Assembly (NCBI GenBank): GCA_964470775.1
Contig: CAYYEE010000003.1
Coordinates: 1-33,362 of the forward strand
Direction: 5' to 3'
DNA: 33,362 nt
Source: an uncultured Planctomycetota bacterium
Lineage (GTDB): Bacteria; Planctomycetota; Brocadiia; CAIUPP01; CAYYEE01
In this document: one piece after another, positions 33,291 through 33,362 of the stretch
Numbering within the stretch: the first letter of the stretch is position 1
Layout: every line of letters starts with the position of its first letter
The notes under the pieces: model-generated
What the model was told of the DNA's origin: nothing
Databases searched by the model: none
Seen by the model: the letters and a program-made list of their open reading frames with translations, nothing else
Program-made: the position numbers and the translations under genes

Positions 33291-33362
33291 ATGGGAGGCA
33301 TGGGAGGGATGGGAGGCATGGGAGGGATGGGAGGCATGGGAGGCATGGGAGGCATGGGAGGC
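33291..33362 (+). repeat. perfect 9-bp tandem repeat, at least 8 units (ATGGGAGGC/ATGGGAGGG), reaching the window edge
   Basis: Units start at 33291, 33300, 33309, 33318, 33327, 33336, 33345 and 33354. The array starts 7 bp upstream of the -35 hexamer. Confidence 0.95.

Noticed and set aside
1-33362. Search by eye for tRNA/rRNA genes, IS elements, transposases, integrases, toxin-antitoxin pairs and classical defence genes.
   Set aside because: None were found. There are no T-loop GGTTCGAATCC-type motifs in a tRNA-like context, no DDE, serine- or tyrosine-recombinase signatures, and no nuclease/helicase/methylase clusters.

Overview
GC-rich bacterial chromosomal segment. Third codon positions are almost all G/C, so many long shadow ORFs in the track are non-coding. 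I support 26 protein-coding genes. Left to right they are: a HAD/YvcK-CofD fusion protein truncated by the window edge and absent from the ORF track; a secreted hypothetical; a DUF486/DMT membrane protein; a divergent MoaC-like protein plus hemL; an M19-type dipeptidase homologue; a minus-strand efflux block (TetR, MacA-like adaptor, ABC ATPase, MacB/FtsX permease, NodT outer-membrane lipoprotein, MATE); a methyl-accepting chemoreceptor; cupin plus trpC; a small low-GC ORF; an FAD-dependent oxidoreductase; purC; a CPBP intramembrane protease; a REC-HDOD response regulator; a membrane hypothetical; gyrA; and a minus-strand sugar-type cluster (LacI regulator, prepilin-type DUF1559/H-X9-DG protein, secreted 645-aa protein, GH4 glycosidase). 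I saw no rRNA, tRNA, CRISPR array, transposase, integrase or phage genes. The DUF1559 pseudopilin suggests a PVC-group host (Planctomycetota/Verrucomicrobiota-like), but that is inference only. Many sigma70-like promoters (TTGAC-N16-18-TAnnAT) can be read directly, which helps fix start codons. The most unusual signals are non-coding. (1) Four same-orientation copies of a highly structured palindromic repeat sit against stop codons in the efflux/chemoreceptor region; one has 11-bp terminal inverted repeats and one is translated as the MATE C-terminus. (2) G-rich tandem arrays with strict 9-bp periodicity (ATGGGnnnn and AAGGACnnn) lie just upstream of promoters, and two of them bracket the small low-GC gene. 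(3) Two 18-19 bp hairpins with compensatory substitutions lie in a low-GC spacer. (4) A roughly 300-nt pyrimidine-rich repeat-containing leader precedes the GH4 gene. Protein-level oddities are a periplasmically placed CZB zinc-sensor motif in the chemoreceptor, a MoaC homologue and an M19 homologue that appear to lack catalytic or metal-binding residues, and Met at the GyrA position equivalent to E. coli Asp87.
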